A stretch of 64,000 nucleotides of DNA, from the NCBI GenBank assembly GCA_965214775.1, contig OZ243974.1:800001-864000 (forward strand), given 5' to 3'. Under the pieces are notes generated by a model. It ran no database searches and was not told where the DNA came from. It saw only the letters and a program-made list of their open reading frames with translations. The DNA comes from Nitrosopumilus sp. GTDB taxonomy: Archaea > Thermoproteota > Nitrososphaeria > Nitrososphaerales > Nitrosopumilaceae. The translations under genes were made by a program, and so were the position numbers. This document shows positions 29,113-38,309 of the stretch, in pieces (position 1 is the stretch's first letter; each line of letters opens with the position of its first letter).

Positions 29113-29605
29113 TAGAGATTCTCAATTGCAGCATATAATTGAACAAAATCCGGGAATTCAGTTCCGTGAATTAATGAGATCATCCGGATTGAAAAACGGG
29201 GTTCTGAGCCACTATATTGGAAAATTGGAAAAAAATGGAGTTATCAAAGTCGTTCGCGGGCCCAGACAAGCAAGGTTCTTTCCACCACAAATTACCGATG
29301 AAGAATCAATAGTGATAAAGGCGCTTAGAAAAGATACTCCTCGTGCATTATTACTTGCATTAATTGAAAATGACGGATTAGAGTTCAATCAGCTGGTCAA
29401 AGAGGCAAGGAAATCACCGTCAACAGTTTCACTTTATCTCTCACAAATCGTAGAGGACGAGCTTGTTGAAATCAGAATTGCGGATCTAAAAAAGCGATAT
29501 TATATTAAAGTAAGAGATCTTATCGATAAGTTGATTGAGGACTATAGACCAAGCCTGCTTGAAAGACCGACTTCCGGATTCGAAGACATCGTCAGCTCGC
29601 TTTAA
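29105..29605 (+). CDS. Double winged-helix transcriptional regulator
   Basis: NPGIQFRELMR...GVLSHY; SPSTVSLYLS. Confidence 0.85.
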   Translation: MTDRDSQLQHIIEQNPGIQFRELMRSSGLKNGVLSHYIGKLEKNGVIKVVRGPRQARFFPPQITDEESIVIKALRKDTPRALLLALIENDGLEFNQLVKEARKSPSTVSLYLSQIVEDELVEIRIADLKKRYYIKVRDLIDKLIEDYRPSLLERPTSGFEDIVSSL

Positions 29606-30836
29606 CCTGCACAGTCTGCTTCTGGCTGGAATTGTTGCCGTAATCCTCTTTTCGTTTGTGTTGTTATTTCCCACGGCAGCTTTTGCCAAAGTCCTTATTC
29701 CTGCACATGAGTATGTGGGCTATTTTGATTCAAACGGAATCTATACCGTTGTAGGAAATATCAAAAATGAACTTGTGTATGCAGTCCTTCCAACAATTAC
29801 AGTCTCAGTTAGCGATGACGGAAATATCGTTTCAAAAACAATCCGACATGTTCCACTGGCAGCAGGCAGTGAAGTTCCCTTCAAGATGAAATTTTATGAA
29901 GTCAAAAACGGGTTTCCAGGGCTGCTTCCTGCAGAATTTACCTATGAAATAACAACAAAAAATCCTGTTCCAGTAGAGGTCTTGTATGACGACACTTTGA
30001 TCAAACATGATGACGGACATCTGACTGGAAGAATTCAGAATACGGGTGATCAAACAATCTACAATCCAAAAATCTTTGCAGTGATTCACGGATATGAAAG
30101 GGTGCTGGATATTGGCCAAAACGTAGAGCAGATTGATAGGATAGAACCCGGAGAGATTATCGGATTTTCAATGTATCCGGATCCCTCCATTACCGATGAT
30201 GTCTTTTACTATAGCTGCTTTGCACCGGTTGACACTACTGTGGTTCCCGTAACGGCCAAAAAGAATGGCGGTGAGTTTGATTTCAGATACGACTCTGGCG
30301 CATGGTATTATGCAGCAAAGTTTGACGAACCTGGAACAAGCATGACTATGAGGGGATACAACAGTTATCCGTTAGAGACGTATGCAAATTTTGAATTTCC
30401 GCCGATTTCGGGAAATGAAAGGTTTTCAGTAACAATGGATGGCAAGCCCATTGAATTTATTCAGAGCATGGATGAGATGGGATTTTGGCATGTCGCATAT
30501 ACTGTCGAACCAAGATCTCAGGGCGTTGTTGAAATTAGTGGTTTTGAAAAAGGGCTGCCTCCCCAGATGCCGACAGTCCCTGCATGGGTTAAACAAAACG
30601 CTGGTTGGTGGTCAGCCCAGCAGATTACTGACTCGGAATTTCTAGAAGGCGTCGATTTTCTCCTTGAAAAACAAATTCTTTCTGTCCCTCAGAGGGGGGT
30701 TGTAGCCGAGTCTCAATGGACGATTCCGTCCTGGGTAAAAAGTTCGGCCGGTTGGTGGTCTGAAGACAAAATTACCGATAATGAATTTCTAAACATGATT
30801 CAAAATCTAGTAAAGCGGGGCATTCTGACCGTATAA
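29535..30836 (+). CDS. Surface protein with FxLYD-like Ig domains and two PxWVK domains; true start probably downstream
   Basis: VVGNIKN and LTGRIQNTG repeats; C-terminal domains. Confidence 0.75.
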   Translation: MRTIDQACLKDRLPDSKTSSARFNLHSLLLAGIVAVILFSFVLLFPTAAFAKVLIPAHEYVGYFDSNGIYTVVGNIKNELVYAVLPTITVSVSDDGNIVSKTIRHVPLAAGSEVPFKMKFYEVKNGFPGLLPAEFTYEITTKNPVPVEVLYDDTLIKHDDGHLTGRIQNTGDQTIYNPKIFAVIHGYERVLDIGQNVEQIDRIEPGEIIGFSMYPDPSITDDVFYYSCFAPVDTTVVPVTAKKNGGEFDFRYDSGAWYYAAKFDEPGTSMTMRGYNSYPLETYANFEFPPISGNERFSVTMDGKPIEFIQSMDEMGFWHVAYTVEPRSQGVVEISGFEKGLPPQMPTVPAWVKQNAGWWSAQQITDSEFLEGVDFLLEKQILSVPQRGVVAESQWTIPSWVKSSAGWWSEDKITDNEFLNMIQNLVKRGILTV

Positions 30837-31868
30837 TTTCCACATATTTTACATATACAGCTGGCATAAACGCAAGACATGTCTCGTTACGTAAAAAGAT
30901 ATGATCGCTTCCCAAACGCAAGAGACTGGAACTTCTAACATTGAAAAAACCCGGCGAGCAAAAGTTATGCCGGCGAGCAAAAGTTCTTGGGCAGCATTTC
31001 ATTGTAAGACGCCCCTACAGACGGTGTCTGGTCCTCGAGAATTCATGGTTGTCAGCATGCCGTATGCTTTGCATGAACTTGCATGTCCTGCCCGAGTCCA
31101 ATCAAAGAGATGGAATCCGTGCGTAATTTTTGGCATCTTCATTGATAGGTGGATTCATACCATGGTTTTTTGAAGAGGTTAAATAACATACAAAGAACAT
31201 TTTTCTATGAAATCCTACGGGCGTATAGATTCTTCATGGGACAAGGCAAAAACCAGGAGTATACTTGAGGATGCTTCGGAGATGGCTAGAGAACACAGCA
31301 TGTCATTTCGCATAGGCGAAGACGCCGATGGAAACGTAGTCATCCTTCCCAATCAAGAGGAAAGTGGCATCCACATATTTGTGTGTGGAATAACAACAAA
31401 AAAGACTGATGGTGACTCTGAAACCAAAGAGGAGTCAGAAAGAGAGTTCTGGGACAATGTAGCATACCATAATTACACAATTGACGAGATGACTCCAAGG
31501 GCGTATGATTGCCTTGTAAATGGAATAGTCAAGTACGGAGGTTTGAGATTTCTTTCAGAAGGACGTTTCCAGCTGCGTAAAGTGTTAGGAGATGCCACAA
31601 AGATGGTAAAAAAACATAACAAGCCTTTCATCATGGGCCTGAGCAAGGAACACGGGATAATGATATCTCCAATGTCTGAAAAATCGAAATTTCTTGCTCC
31701 CTTGTCGTATGTGATCACAAAGTCAGGTTTTTGGAGTGTCTCAGACATGCACTCTGATCAATCAAATCCACCAGAGTCGCTGTATGAGGGTATTGCATAC
31801 GGTAGTTTGTTGCATAACTCCGACTAGAGCCAAGTCAGTCCGCCCGGATCACTACTGGCACCAGGTTC

Positions 31869-33155
31869 CTACACGGCAGCCACCGCCTCTGCTATCCACT
31901 TGTTGTACAGCCATATCCTCAGCTTTACTTCCTGCACTATATTGGACCACTTGAGGGCCATTACGCATTCGCCGAACATGCGCTTTATGGCCGATATTAC
32001 GATCTCGACGATCCATCTGCTGCCAAAGCCGACCGTGCTCTTCCAGTACCGCAGGTTCTCCTGTCTTTCCTCCTTTGAGAGATCACCCACCGGCACCTCG
32101 GGGCCGCCCCCGAGCTGCCATCGCACCAGCCGGCCCCACTTGTCGCCGGTGCCCTTGCCCTTTGCATTGCAACTTGTCAAAAGCCGTATGAGTGGTTTTA
32201 TGCCGCGTTTGTGACACTCGGCTACGTTTTTCCTCGAGCCGTATCCGCCGTCTGCAAGCAGGATCTTTCCCGGTATATCTGGATTCGCGCCGGTGCCGAG
32301 TACAGCCAGCGGCGATGTCCCGTCTGCAAGCATGTTGGGGATCTTGACTGTATCCGCGCTGTCGGTGCGGCTCTGCTCCTCTTCCTTCTTGATGTTCTTG
32401 ACTGTATCCGCGCTGTCGGTGCGGCTCTGCTCCTCTTCCTTCTTGATGTTCTTGACTGCATCCGCGCTGTCGGTGCGGCTCTGCTCCTCTTCCTTCTTGA
32501 TGTTCTTGACTGCATCCGCGCTGTCGGTGCGGCTCTGCTCCTCTTCCTTCTTGATGTTCTTGACTGCATCCGCGCTGTCGGTGCGGCTCTGCTCCTCTTC
32601 CTCCTCTTCCTTCTTGATGTTCTTGACTGCATCCTCAAGCAGTGCCGGCAGTTCCGTGCTGTCGCCGATTGCATCACTTGTGACAGATACTGCCAGCACC
32701 TGCTTGGTGTCTGCATCGACCATCAGGTGCATCTTGACAAATCCGCGCCTTACCTTCCATTTCTTGCATATCCACTCGCCCCGGTTGTGCTGCTTGAGGC
32801 CAGTGGCATCGGCTATCATGACCAGGTTGCGGGACTTGTCGCGCACCGTGATTATGTTCTCTGCAATGTCGACGTCAAGCTTCTGTATCCTTCTGAATAT
32901 CGTGGTGTAACACGGCGAGTCCGCACCCTTTAGCATCTCCCCGAGCATACCTGACAGCTGCCTGTACTTTAGCATGAATGCGGTCCTGAGGGCGGCTGCG
33001 GCCATTATCATGCCTTCTGCATACAGGAACGGGGCGCCCTCCTTGTGGCGGTTGGCAACCTTGAGATCCTTCTCCCAGTCCGGGTTGTACTTGACGACCA
33101 GGCCTGCCCCTCTCTCTACGTACTTTGCATTATCCGTGCGTGTCAATGTATACAA
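31869..33155 (-). CDS. IS5-family transposase with in-frame tandem repeat
   Basis: ADATG, ADGGY and RWIVEIVISAIKRMFG motifs. Confidence 0.9.
   Translation of the reverse strand: MYTLTRTDNAKYVERGAGLVVKYNPDWEKDLKVANRHKEGAPFLYAEGMIMAAAALRTAFMLKYRQLSGMLGEMLKGADSPCYTTIFRRIQKLDVDIAENIITVRDKSRNLVMIADATGLKQHNRGEWICKKWKVRRGFVKMHLMVDADTKQVLAVSVTSDAIGDSTELPALLEDAVKNIKKEEEEEEQSRTDSADAVKNIKKEEEQSRTDSADAVKNIKKEEEQSRTDSADAVKNIKKEEEQSRTDSADTVKNIKKEEEQSRTDSADTVKIPNMLADGTSPLAVLGTGANPDIPGKILLADGGYGSRKNVAECHKRGIKPLIRLLTSCNAKGKGTGDKWGRLVRWQLGGGPEVPVGDLSKEERQENLRYWKSTVGFGSRWIVEIVISAIKRMFGECVMALKWSNIVQEVKLRIWLYNKWIAEAVAAV
32342..32633 (-). repeat. 54-bp tandem repeat, five copies (AVKNIKKEEEQSRTDSAD)
   Basis: Direct period of 54; one unit has 9 extra bp. 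Confidence 0.95.
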
Positions 33156-33765
33156 TACGAGGCATCCTCATGATCCATTACTTTTTCGGTCAGAATTAGT
33201 TGATCATTCCGGTGATTTTCAGTAAAGTTTCAAATTTTAGGCAGGGTTATGCAACAAACTAGCATACGGGAGGAAACGTTACGATGTGGATCGAGCCAAC
33301 CGAGACGGGTACATCACAAGGCTGGAAAGTGCGTTTGAAGATGCCGTAAACATGCCTAATCGTCGGGGTCCATATTGCGTAACATTGGACAAACGTGGAA
33401 TAACCATGAACCCCAAAAAAGATCGCACGCAAGATCGTGCCAATTCTGAATGTTGGGAGGTAAATCCAAAGGAGTTTCTGGATGGCGACACTCTGTTGCG
33501 TGAGAAGATATCCGTTGCTGCCAGAGACGCATTGAAAAATTTCTTCAAACAGTATGAAAACCCCGACACACAGCATTATGGAAAAGACATGGAATCAGAA
33601 CAAACAGAAGAGCAAAAGAGACTGGAAATGGAATTGGAGAAATACAGATATGACATTGACCGGATGGTGAGAAGTTCCATAAAGTTCGGCATGTCACAGG
33701 AAAAGGCCGAGAAAAGCCTCCGCCCGAAACTGGAGAAGATCAAGGCCGCCAAAGGCAAGTGATAG

Positions 33766-33908
33766 GAAAGAGTTTACTCCTCAGGCGTAGTACCAACATC
33801 AAAAAATGGAATATAATTTTGTCACATCGTGCCTGTTTTGCCAAAAAAATATTCGATTTTCAACTGCACGCACTACTGCACTGCTGGCCGGGCAAGAGTT
33901 TGCCCCCG
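33766..33908. mobile_element. Family A MITE fragments (GAAAGAGTTTACTCCTCAGGCG...; GCAAGAGTTTGCCCCC), interrupted
   Basis: Similar to the start of 35033-35123. Confidence 0.6.
33788..33875. mobile_element. 88-bp MITE with TAGT...ACTA ends (IS630 type B-like)
   Basis: Homologous to 48846-48933; preceded by CG. Confidence 0.75.
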
Positions 33909-33916
33909 CCCTGCGT

Positions 33917-34056
33917 TAGTTTGTTGCATAACTCGATTTTTTTACTCGAATTCGTCCTAAACGACAAATCCAGATAAAAACCACAGTTGATTTCGGATCT
34001 ATCTGTGATCGAAATCAGGAGTTTTTTGACGAAAAAAGAAGTTATGCAACAAACTA
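33917..34056. mobile_element. IS5-derived MITE (140 bp), 8-bp TSD CCCTGCGT
   Basis: Same TIR as 31803-33261; TSD at 33909-16 and 34057-64. Confidence 0.95.
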
Positions 34057-34099
34057 CCCTGCGTGTAAAATATAATAACGACGTACCATACATGAGAAC

Positions 34100-34627
34100 A
34101 TGCAACATGCTGCACGGATACACGTAAGCGGAATCGTCCAAGGCGTCGGTTTTCGCTACCGGGTAAGGAGCGAGGCAGGCCGCCGGAGAATCACCGGACA
34201 CGTCGAGAACCTTGAGGACGGCACGGTCATGATAGAGTGCGAGGGCAAAAGGGAGGACATTGAGGGGCTTGTCGCCTCAATAAGGGACAGCAAAGAGCCG
34301 GTGCAGGTAGACGACATCGACGTGCAGTACTCAGAGGGTACCGGAAGGTTCAAGACATTCAGGATAGTGGCAGGAAACATGGAAAGCGAGATTGTCGAGG
34401 GCTTTGCTACCGGTGCCATGTACCTGAATGACATTGCCGCAGGGCAGAGACAGATGCTGGACAAGCAGGATCAGATGCTGGACAAGCAGGATCAGATGCT
34501 GGACAAGCAGGATCAGACCATAACGGAGATCCGAGATCTTTCATCCAACATCCACGAGATGCTTGACTCTCGGTTCGAGAGGATAGAAAACGACATAACC
34601 AAGATAAAATCAAAACTGCAGATATGA
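34100..34627 (+). CDS. Acylphosphatase-like protein with C-terminal coiled coil
   Basis: GIVQGVGFR...GHVENLEDGTV; (QMLDKQD)x3 from a 21-bp repeat at about 34451-34516. Confidence 0.88.
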   Translation: MQHAARIHVSGIVQGVGFRYRVRSEAGRRRITGHVENLEDGTVMIECEGKREDIEGLVASIRDSKEPVQVDDIDVQYSEGTGRFKTFRIVAGNMESEIVEGFATGAMYLNDIAAGQRQMLDKQDQMLDKQDQMLDKQDQTITEIRDLSSNIHEMLDSRFERIENDITKIKSKLQI

Positions 34628-34809
34628 CCCGCATCTGCCGGGGTGCGGTAAGGCCATAGGCCTGAACAATGAACTGACGCGCCCTAGGATGCGGCGTGAG
34701 GTACATGATGATCAGGATCTTGTCCGGCAGTGCAGCCTAGGGAGTGGTGGGATAAACTCCAATATCAAATTATGCTGATTCCTTGCAGTATGAGACGTTA
34801 TATCAAATC

Positions 34810-34960
34810 TTATCTGTAGCGGACGCCATATTATCCGTGTTGGGCCCAAGAGCCGAAGTAAACTTGCCACACATGAGGGCGCGTAAGAGACTGGCTCAGA
34901 GTAGACGGACGACGAAATGCCACATAATCGAGGGCGAATGGGAGTTTTCCGTTCAGTTGG
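34810..34960 (+). ncRNA. Putative IS110 bridge RNA, copy 2 (target-binding hairpin 34851-34896)
   Basis: Covarying stems; loops differ from copy 1; boundaries approximate. Confidence 0.72.
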
Positions 34961-35032
34961 GCACACACACTTTGATCAAAAAGGAGGTGATAAAATGATC
35001 AACATAGGAATAGACGTTCATAAGAAGACATG

Positions 35033-35123
35033 GTAAGAGTTTACCCCTCAGGCGACTCTGCTGGTCGGAGCCTTGATCACCGTGCCTACCACGTCGTATT
35101 TTCTGGAGGGGGTGAGCTCTTAC
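35033..35123. mobile_element. MITE family A (91 bp), 9-bp TSD GAAGACATG, inserted in the IS110 recombinase start
   Basis: TIR GTAAGAG(T/C)T(T/C)ACCCC; TSD at 35024-32 and 35124-32. Confidence 0.95.
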
Positions 35124-35154
35124 GAAGACATGTATAGTAACCATCAAAGACCAG

Positions 35155-35236
35155 GTACAACTTCAGGTCCTATTTATACTGGCAAGCAAATACTTCCTAG
35201 ATTCCTAGGCGGTTTAAATAGGACCTGAAGTTGTAC
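35155..35236. mobile_element. 82-bp MITE-like element with perfect 22-bp TIR
   Basis: GTACAACTTCAGGTCCTATTTA...TAAATAGGACCTGAAGTTGTAC. Confidence 0.8.
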
Positions 35237-35305
35237 GAAGTCTTTGAGTCAAAGTAGGTCATAACTACACGTAAAAAACCTCAATTATTTCTGCTCGTTG
35301 CTATA
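35237..35305 (-). mobile_element. Partial IS630 type A end/MITE
   Basis: Reverse complement of about 11818-11886. Confidence 0.85.
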
Positions 35306-35434
35306 CAAACAGTCGAGGCCTTTGACGGGCAATCTGACCGTGTTTTGACTCAAAGACTTTTACTGTTGCCATATTATTGGTACATTTTTCGAATGAACCA
35401 CTTTGCTAATTATTCAAAACGAGTATTGCGGATC

Positions 35435-36457
35435 ATGGCACTTGGAGAGACTAGTACAAAATATTCCGTATCCAATCAAGAGATACAAAATCTAAGTGAT
35501 GATGCCCAAAAATACTCTGAAAAACTATTGGGAATATTTGATGAAACTCACAAGGTCATTATCGGACAAGAGAACGCACTGCAAAAAATCCTCATCTCAA
35601 TTATTGCAGACGGACATGTGCTTTTGGAAAGCGTTCCCGGTCTTGCTAAAACTTTGATGGTAAAAACCATGGCACAAATTTTCAATGTAGATCACGTTAG
35701 AATTCAATTTACGCCAGATCTCTTGCCTGCAGATATTTTAGGAACAAAAATTTACAAAAATTCTTCGGGTTCCTTTGTCACCCAAAAGGGCCCAATCTTT
35801 CACAATTTTGTTTTAGCTGACGAAATTAATCGCGCACCGCCCAAAGTCCAGTCTGCATTGCTTGAGGCAATGCAAGAAAGGAATGTGAGCATTCATGGCG
35901 ATACCTATGAACTAAAACGGCCGTTTTTGGTTCTGGCCACCCAAAACCCGATTGAAAACGAAGGAACATACAGGCTTCCAGAAGCCCAGGTTGACAGATT
36001 TGCCCTGAAAATCCTACTTGATTATCCATCAAAGCAAGAAGAGATGGATATCATCGAGAGAAATTCTTCAAACTACAACCCCGAAATCAAAGCAATGGTT
36101 AGCCCCGAAGAAATTCTAGAGATTCAAAAGTTTAATGAGAAAATTTACGCCGATAAAGTGATCACTGAATATATTGCAGATATTGTCAACGCAACAAGAA
36201 ACCCAAAGGAATATGAGCTGGATTTAGAAGACATAGTTGAATTTGGCGCATCGCCAAGAGCATCAATATGGCTAATGAGAACAGCAAAGGCAAACGCGCT
36301 GCTTGATGGAAGGGGATTTATCATTCCTGAGGACGTAAAGGCAGTTGCTCACGAAGTCTTGCGTCATAGAATTATCCTGACTTTTGCAGCAGAAGCAAAC
36401 GGGTTGACTGCCGATAAAGTCATTGACTTTGTTTTAGAAAAAATTAATTCCCCATAG
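35435..36457 (+). CDS. MoxR-family AAA+ ATPase
   Basis: PGLAKT, RIQFTPDLLPAD, DEINRA and ATQNPIE motifs. Confidence 0.95.
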   Translation: MALGETSTKYSVSNQEIQNLSDDAQKYSEKLLGIFDETHKVIIGQENALQKILISIIADGHVLLESVPGLAKTLMVKTMAQIFNVDHVRIQFTPDLLPADILGTKIYKNSSGSFVTQKGPIFHNFVLADEINRAPPKVQSALLEAMQERNVSIHGDTYELKRPFLVLATQNPIENEGTYRLPEAQVDRFALKILLDYPSKQEEMDIIERNSSNYNPEIKAMVSPEEILEIQKFNEKIYADKVITEYIADIVNATRNPKEYELDLEDIVEFGASPRASIWLMRTAKANALLDGRGFIIPEDVKAVAHEVLRHRIILTFAAEANGLTADKVIDFVLEKINSP

Positions 36458-36459
36458 AA

Positions 36460-37341
36460 ATGACTGAGATATCTGAGATTCTACAGAAAGTAAAGAATCT
36501 TGAAATAAAGACCAAAAATATCTCCGAAGGCATGGAATCTGGCGCCTACAGATCCCGATTTCGCGGTGGCGGCGGGATAGAGTTTTCAGGGGTGCGGGAA
36601 TACACGGCCGGAGATGATGCAAGAAGGGTTGACTGGAACGTTTCGGCACGTTACAACGATTTGTTTGTCAAAGAGTTTGTAGAGGACAAAGAGCTGAATG
36701 TCTATGTGATTGTGGATCTATCATCAAGTAATGATTTTGGTTTTAAGAAGAGCAAAAAGGAGCTGGGCTTTGAGATATCAGCTTCGCTGATGTTTTCGGC
36801 ATTAAAAAACAATGACAGAGTTGGAATGGGGCTGTTTACAACCTGCATGGAAAAATTCGTTCCAGCAAAAAAAGGAAAAAAACACATGATGGAAATCTTA
36901 AAACAATTGCTTGATCATACCCCAAAAGACAAGAATACGGACATTCTAAAATCGCTATCCGAATTGCAAAAACATCTCAAACAAAGAAGCATAATTTTTG
37001 TCATTTCTGATTTTATCTCTGATTCGTTTGAAAAGCCTCTGAAATATTTGAAACTGCAACATCAAGTGGTTCTAATTAATATTTCAGACATTAGAGAAGC
37101 CGAAATTCCTGATATCGGGTACGCATATTTAGAGGACGCAGAATCCGGCGAACAAATTCTTGTAAACACCTCGGATGAAAAATTCCGGGAGGAATATTCG
37201 AAACGAATCAAGCAAGCAAGAATTGAAAACGAACGTCGGATGAAAAAATTGGGAATCGGCCATCTTAGTCTAAGCGCAGAGGAGCCGTTTGATGTTACGT
37301 TTAATCGGCATATCAGAAACAAAATCAGGAGAAGACCGTAA
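36460..37341 (+). CDS. DUF58 protein
   Basis: EFSGVREYTAGDDARRVDWNVSAR; ISDF. Confidence 0.92.
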   Translation: MTEISEILQKVKNLEIKTKNISEGMESGAYRSRFRGGGGIEFSGVREYTAGDDARRVDWNVSARYNDLFVKEFVEDKELNVYVIVDLSSSNDFGFKKSKKELGFEISASLMFSALKNNDRVGMGLFTTCMEKFVPAKKGKKHMMEILKQLLDHTPKDKNTDILKSLSELQKHLKQRSIIFVISDFISDSFEKPLKYLKLQHQVVLINISDIREAEIPDIGYAYLEDAESGEQILVNTSDEKFREEYSKRIKQARIENERRMKKLGIGHLSLSAEEPFDVTFNRHIRNKIRRRP

Positions 37342-38291
37342 TGGATTTGCACTTTGAATATCTCCATGCCTTGCTTTTGCTGCTGATGATACCCGGATTG
37401 TATTTCTTGTATGCAAAATACAGCTCGGAAAAAAAAGAATCGGCACTAAAATTTAGCTCCCTTAAAATCATAAAAAAATCAATCACCGGAAGAAATTTTG
37501 CAAGAAAGCACCTGCCATTTGTGCTAATGATGGGAGTGCTGGGGCTAGTCATCATAGGATTTGCAAACCCCCAGATTCCTTCTTTGGCATTTGAGAGAGG
37601 CATCAATTTGAGCGTAGTTTTAGACGGTTCTGGGAGCATGGCAGCATCTGATTACAACCCAACACGCCTGGATGCTGCAAAAGACGCAATTGTCAAACTG
37701 ATTGCAAAGATTGGCCCTCAGAACAATGTAGGGGTAGTTCTCTTTGAATCAGGAGCTACAACAATCACCTACCTGTCCCCTGACAAACAAAGGGCTATCA
37801 GTGCCGTTTCGTCAATTCAACAGGGCCAGGGCGCAACTGCGATCGGTGATGGCCTGTCATTGGGAATTGACATGTCGTCTTCAATTCCTGACAGAAAAAG
37901 CGTAGTAATTTTACTAAGTGATGGCGTACACAATTCAGGCTTTGTCACTCCCGATGAGGCAATTGAGTATGCCAAGGCCAACAATGTCCAGATTCATGCT
38001 GTTGGACTAGGTTCGGCCGAGCCGGTCTATCTCAGGGATGACATCTATGGCGAACCACAGTATGCAAAATTGGATGAAGAGACTCTGATGAAAATTTCAA
38101 GCGAAACCGGAGGAAGTTATTTCAAATCACTTGATGAAAAAACACTCGGCGATATTTTTGCCACACTTGGCAGTAATTTAGAATTTGAAACGGAATATTC
38201 CACCATAAGAGACTGGTTTTATGCAGCAGCCATTGGGCTGATGCTGATTAATGCCTACGTTATTTATGGGAGATACAGGATAGTTGCATAG
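37341..38291 (+). CDS. BatA-like VWA domain membrane protein
   Basis: DGSGSM MIDAS, TAIGDG and LSDG motifs. Confidence 0.92.
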   Translation: MDLHFEYLHALLLLLMIPGLYFLYAKYSSEKKESALKFSSLKIIKKSITGRNFARKHLPFVLMMGVLGLVIIGFANPQIPSLAFERGINLSVVLDGSGSMAASDYNPTRLDAAKDAIVKLIAKIGPQNNVGVVLFESGATTITYLSPDKQRAISAVSSIQQGQGATAIGDGLSLGIDMSSSIPDRKSVVILLSDGVHNSGFVTPDEAIEYAKANNVQIHAVGLGSAEPVYLRDDIYGEPQYAKLDEETLMKISSETGGSYFKSLDEKTLGDIFATLGSNLEFETEYSTIRDWFYAAAIGLMLINAYVIYGRYRIVA

Positions 38292-38309
38292 AGTTTTTGG
38301 TAAGAGATT

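Larger units (their letters stand above)
31803..33261 (-). mobile_element. IS5-family element, 16-bp TIR TAGTTTGTTGCATAAC, 8-bp TSD GCATACGG
   Basis: TSD at 31795-31802 and 33262-33269. Confidence 0.95.
31207..33762 (+). pseudogene. Hypothetical protein split by IS5
   Basis: Removing the IS and one TSD joins ...GIAYG-RKRYDVDRAN... in frame. Confidence 0.8.
34793..35154 (+). mobile_element. IS110/IS1111-type element, left end and recombinase start, truncated
   Basis: Left end AGACGTTATATCAAATC homologous to copy 1; ATG 34995 MINIGIDVHKKT-CIVTIKDQ (RuvC-like GID motif). Confidence 0.88.

Noticed and set aside
30840-31200. Short ORFs upstream of the IS5-split gene
   Set aside because: No coding signal or family motif.
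32342-32633. 54-bp repeats as a CRISPR array
   Set aside because: Head-to-tail with no unique spacers, in frame within a transposase, and no cas genes in the window.
34628-34760. GC-rich stretch weakly similar to 49692-49740
   Set aside because: Similarity too weak by eye to define an element or its ends.
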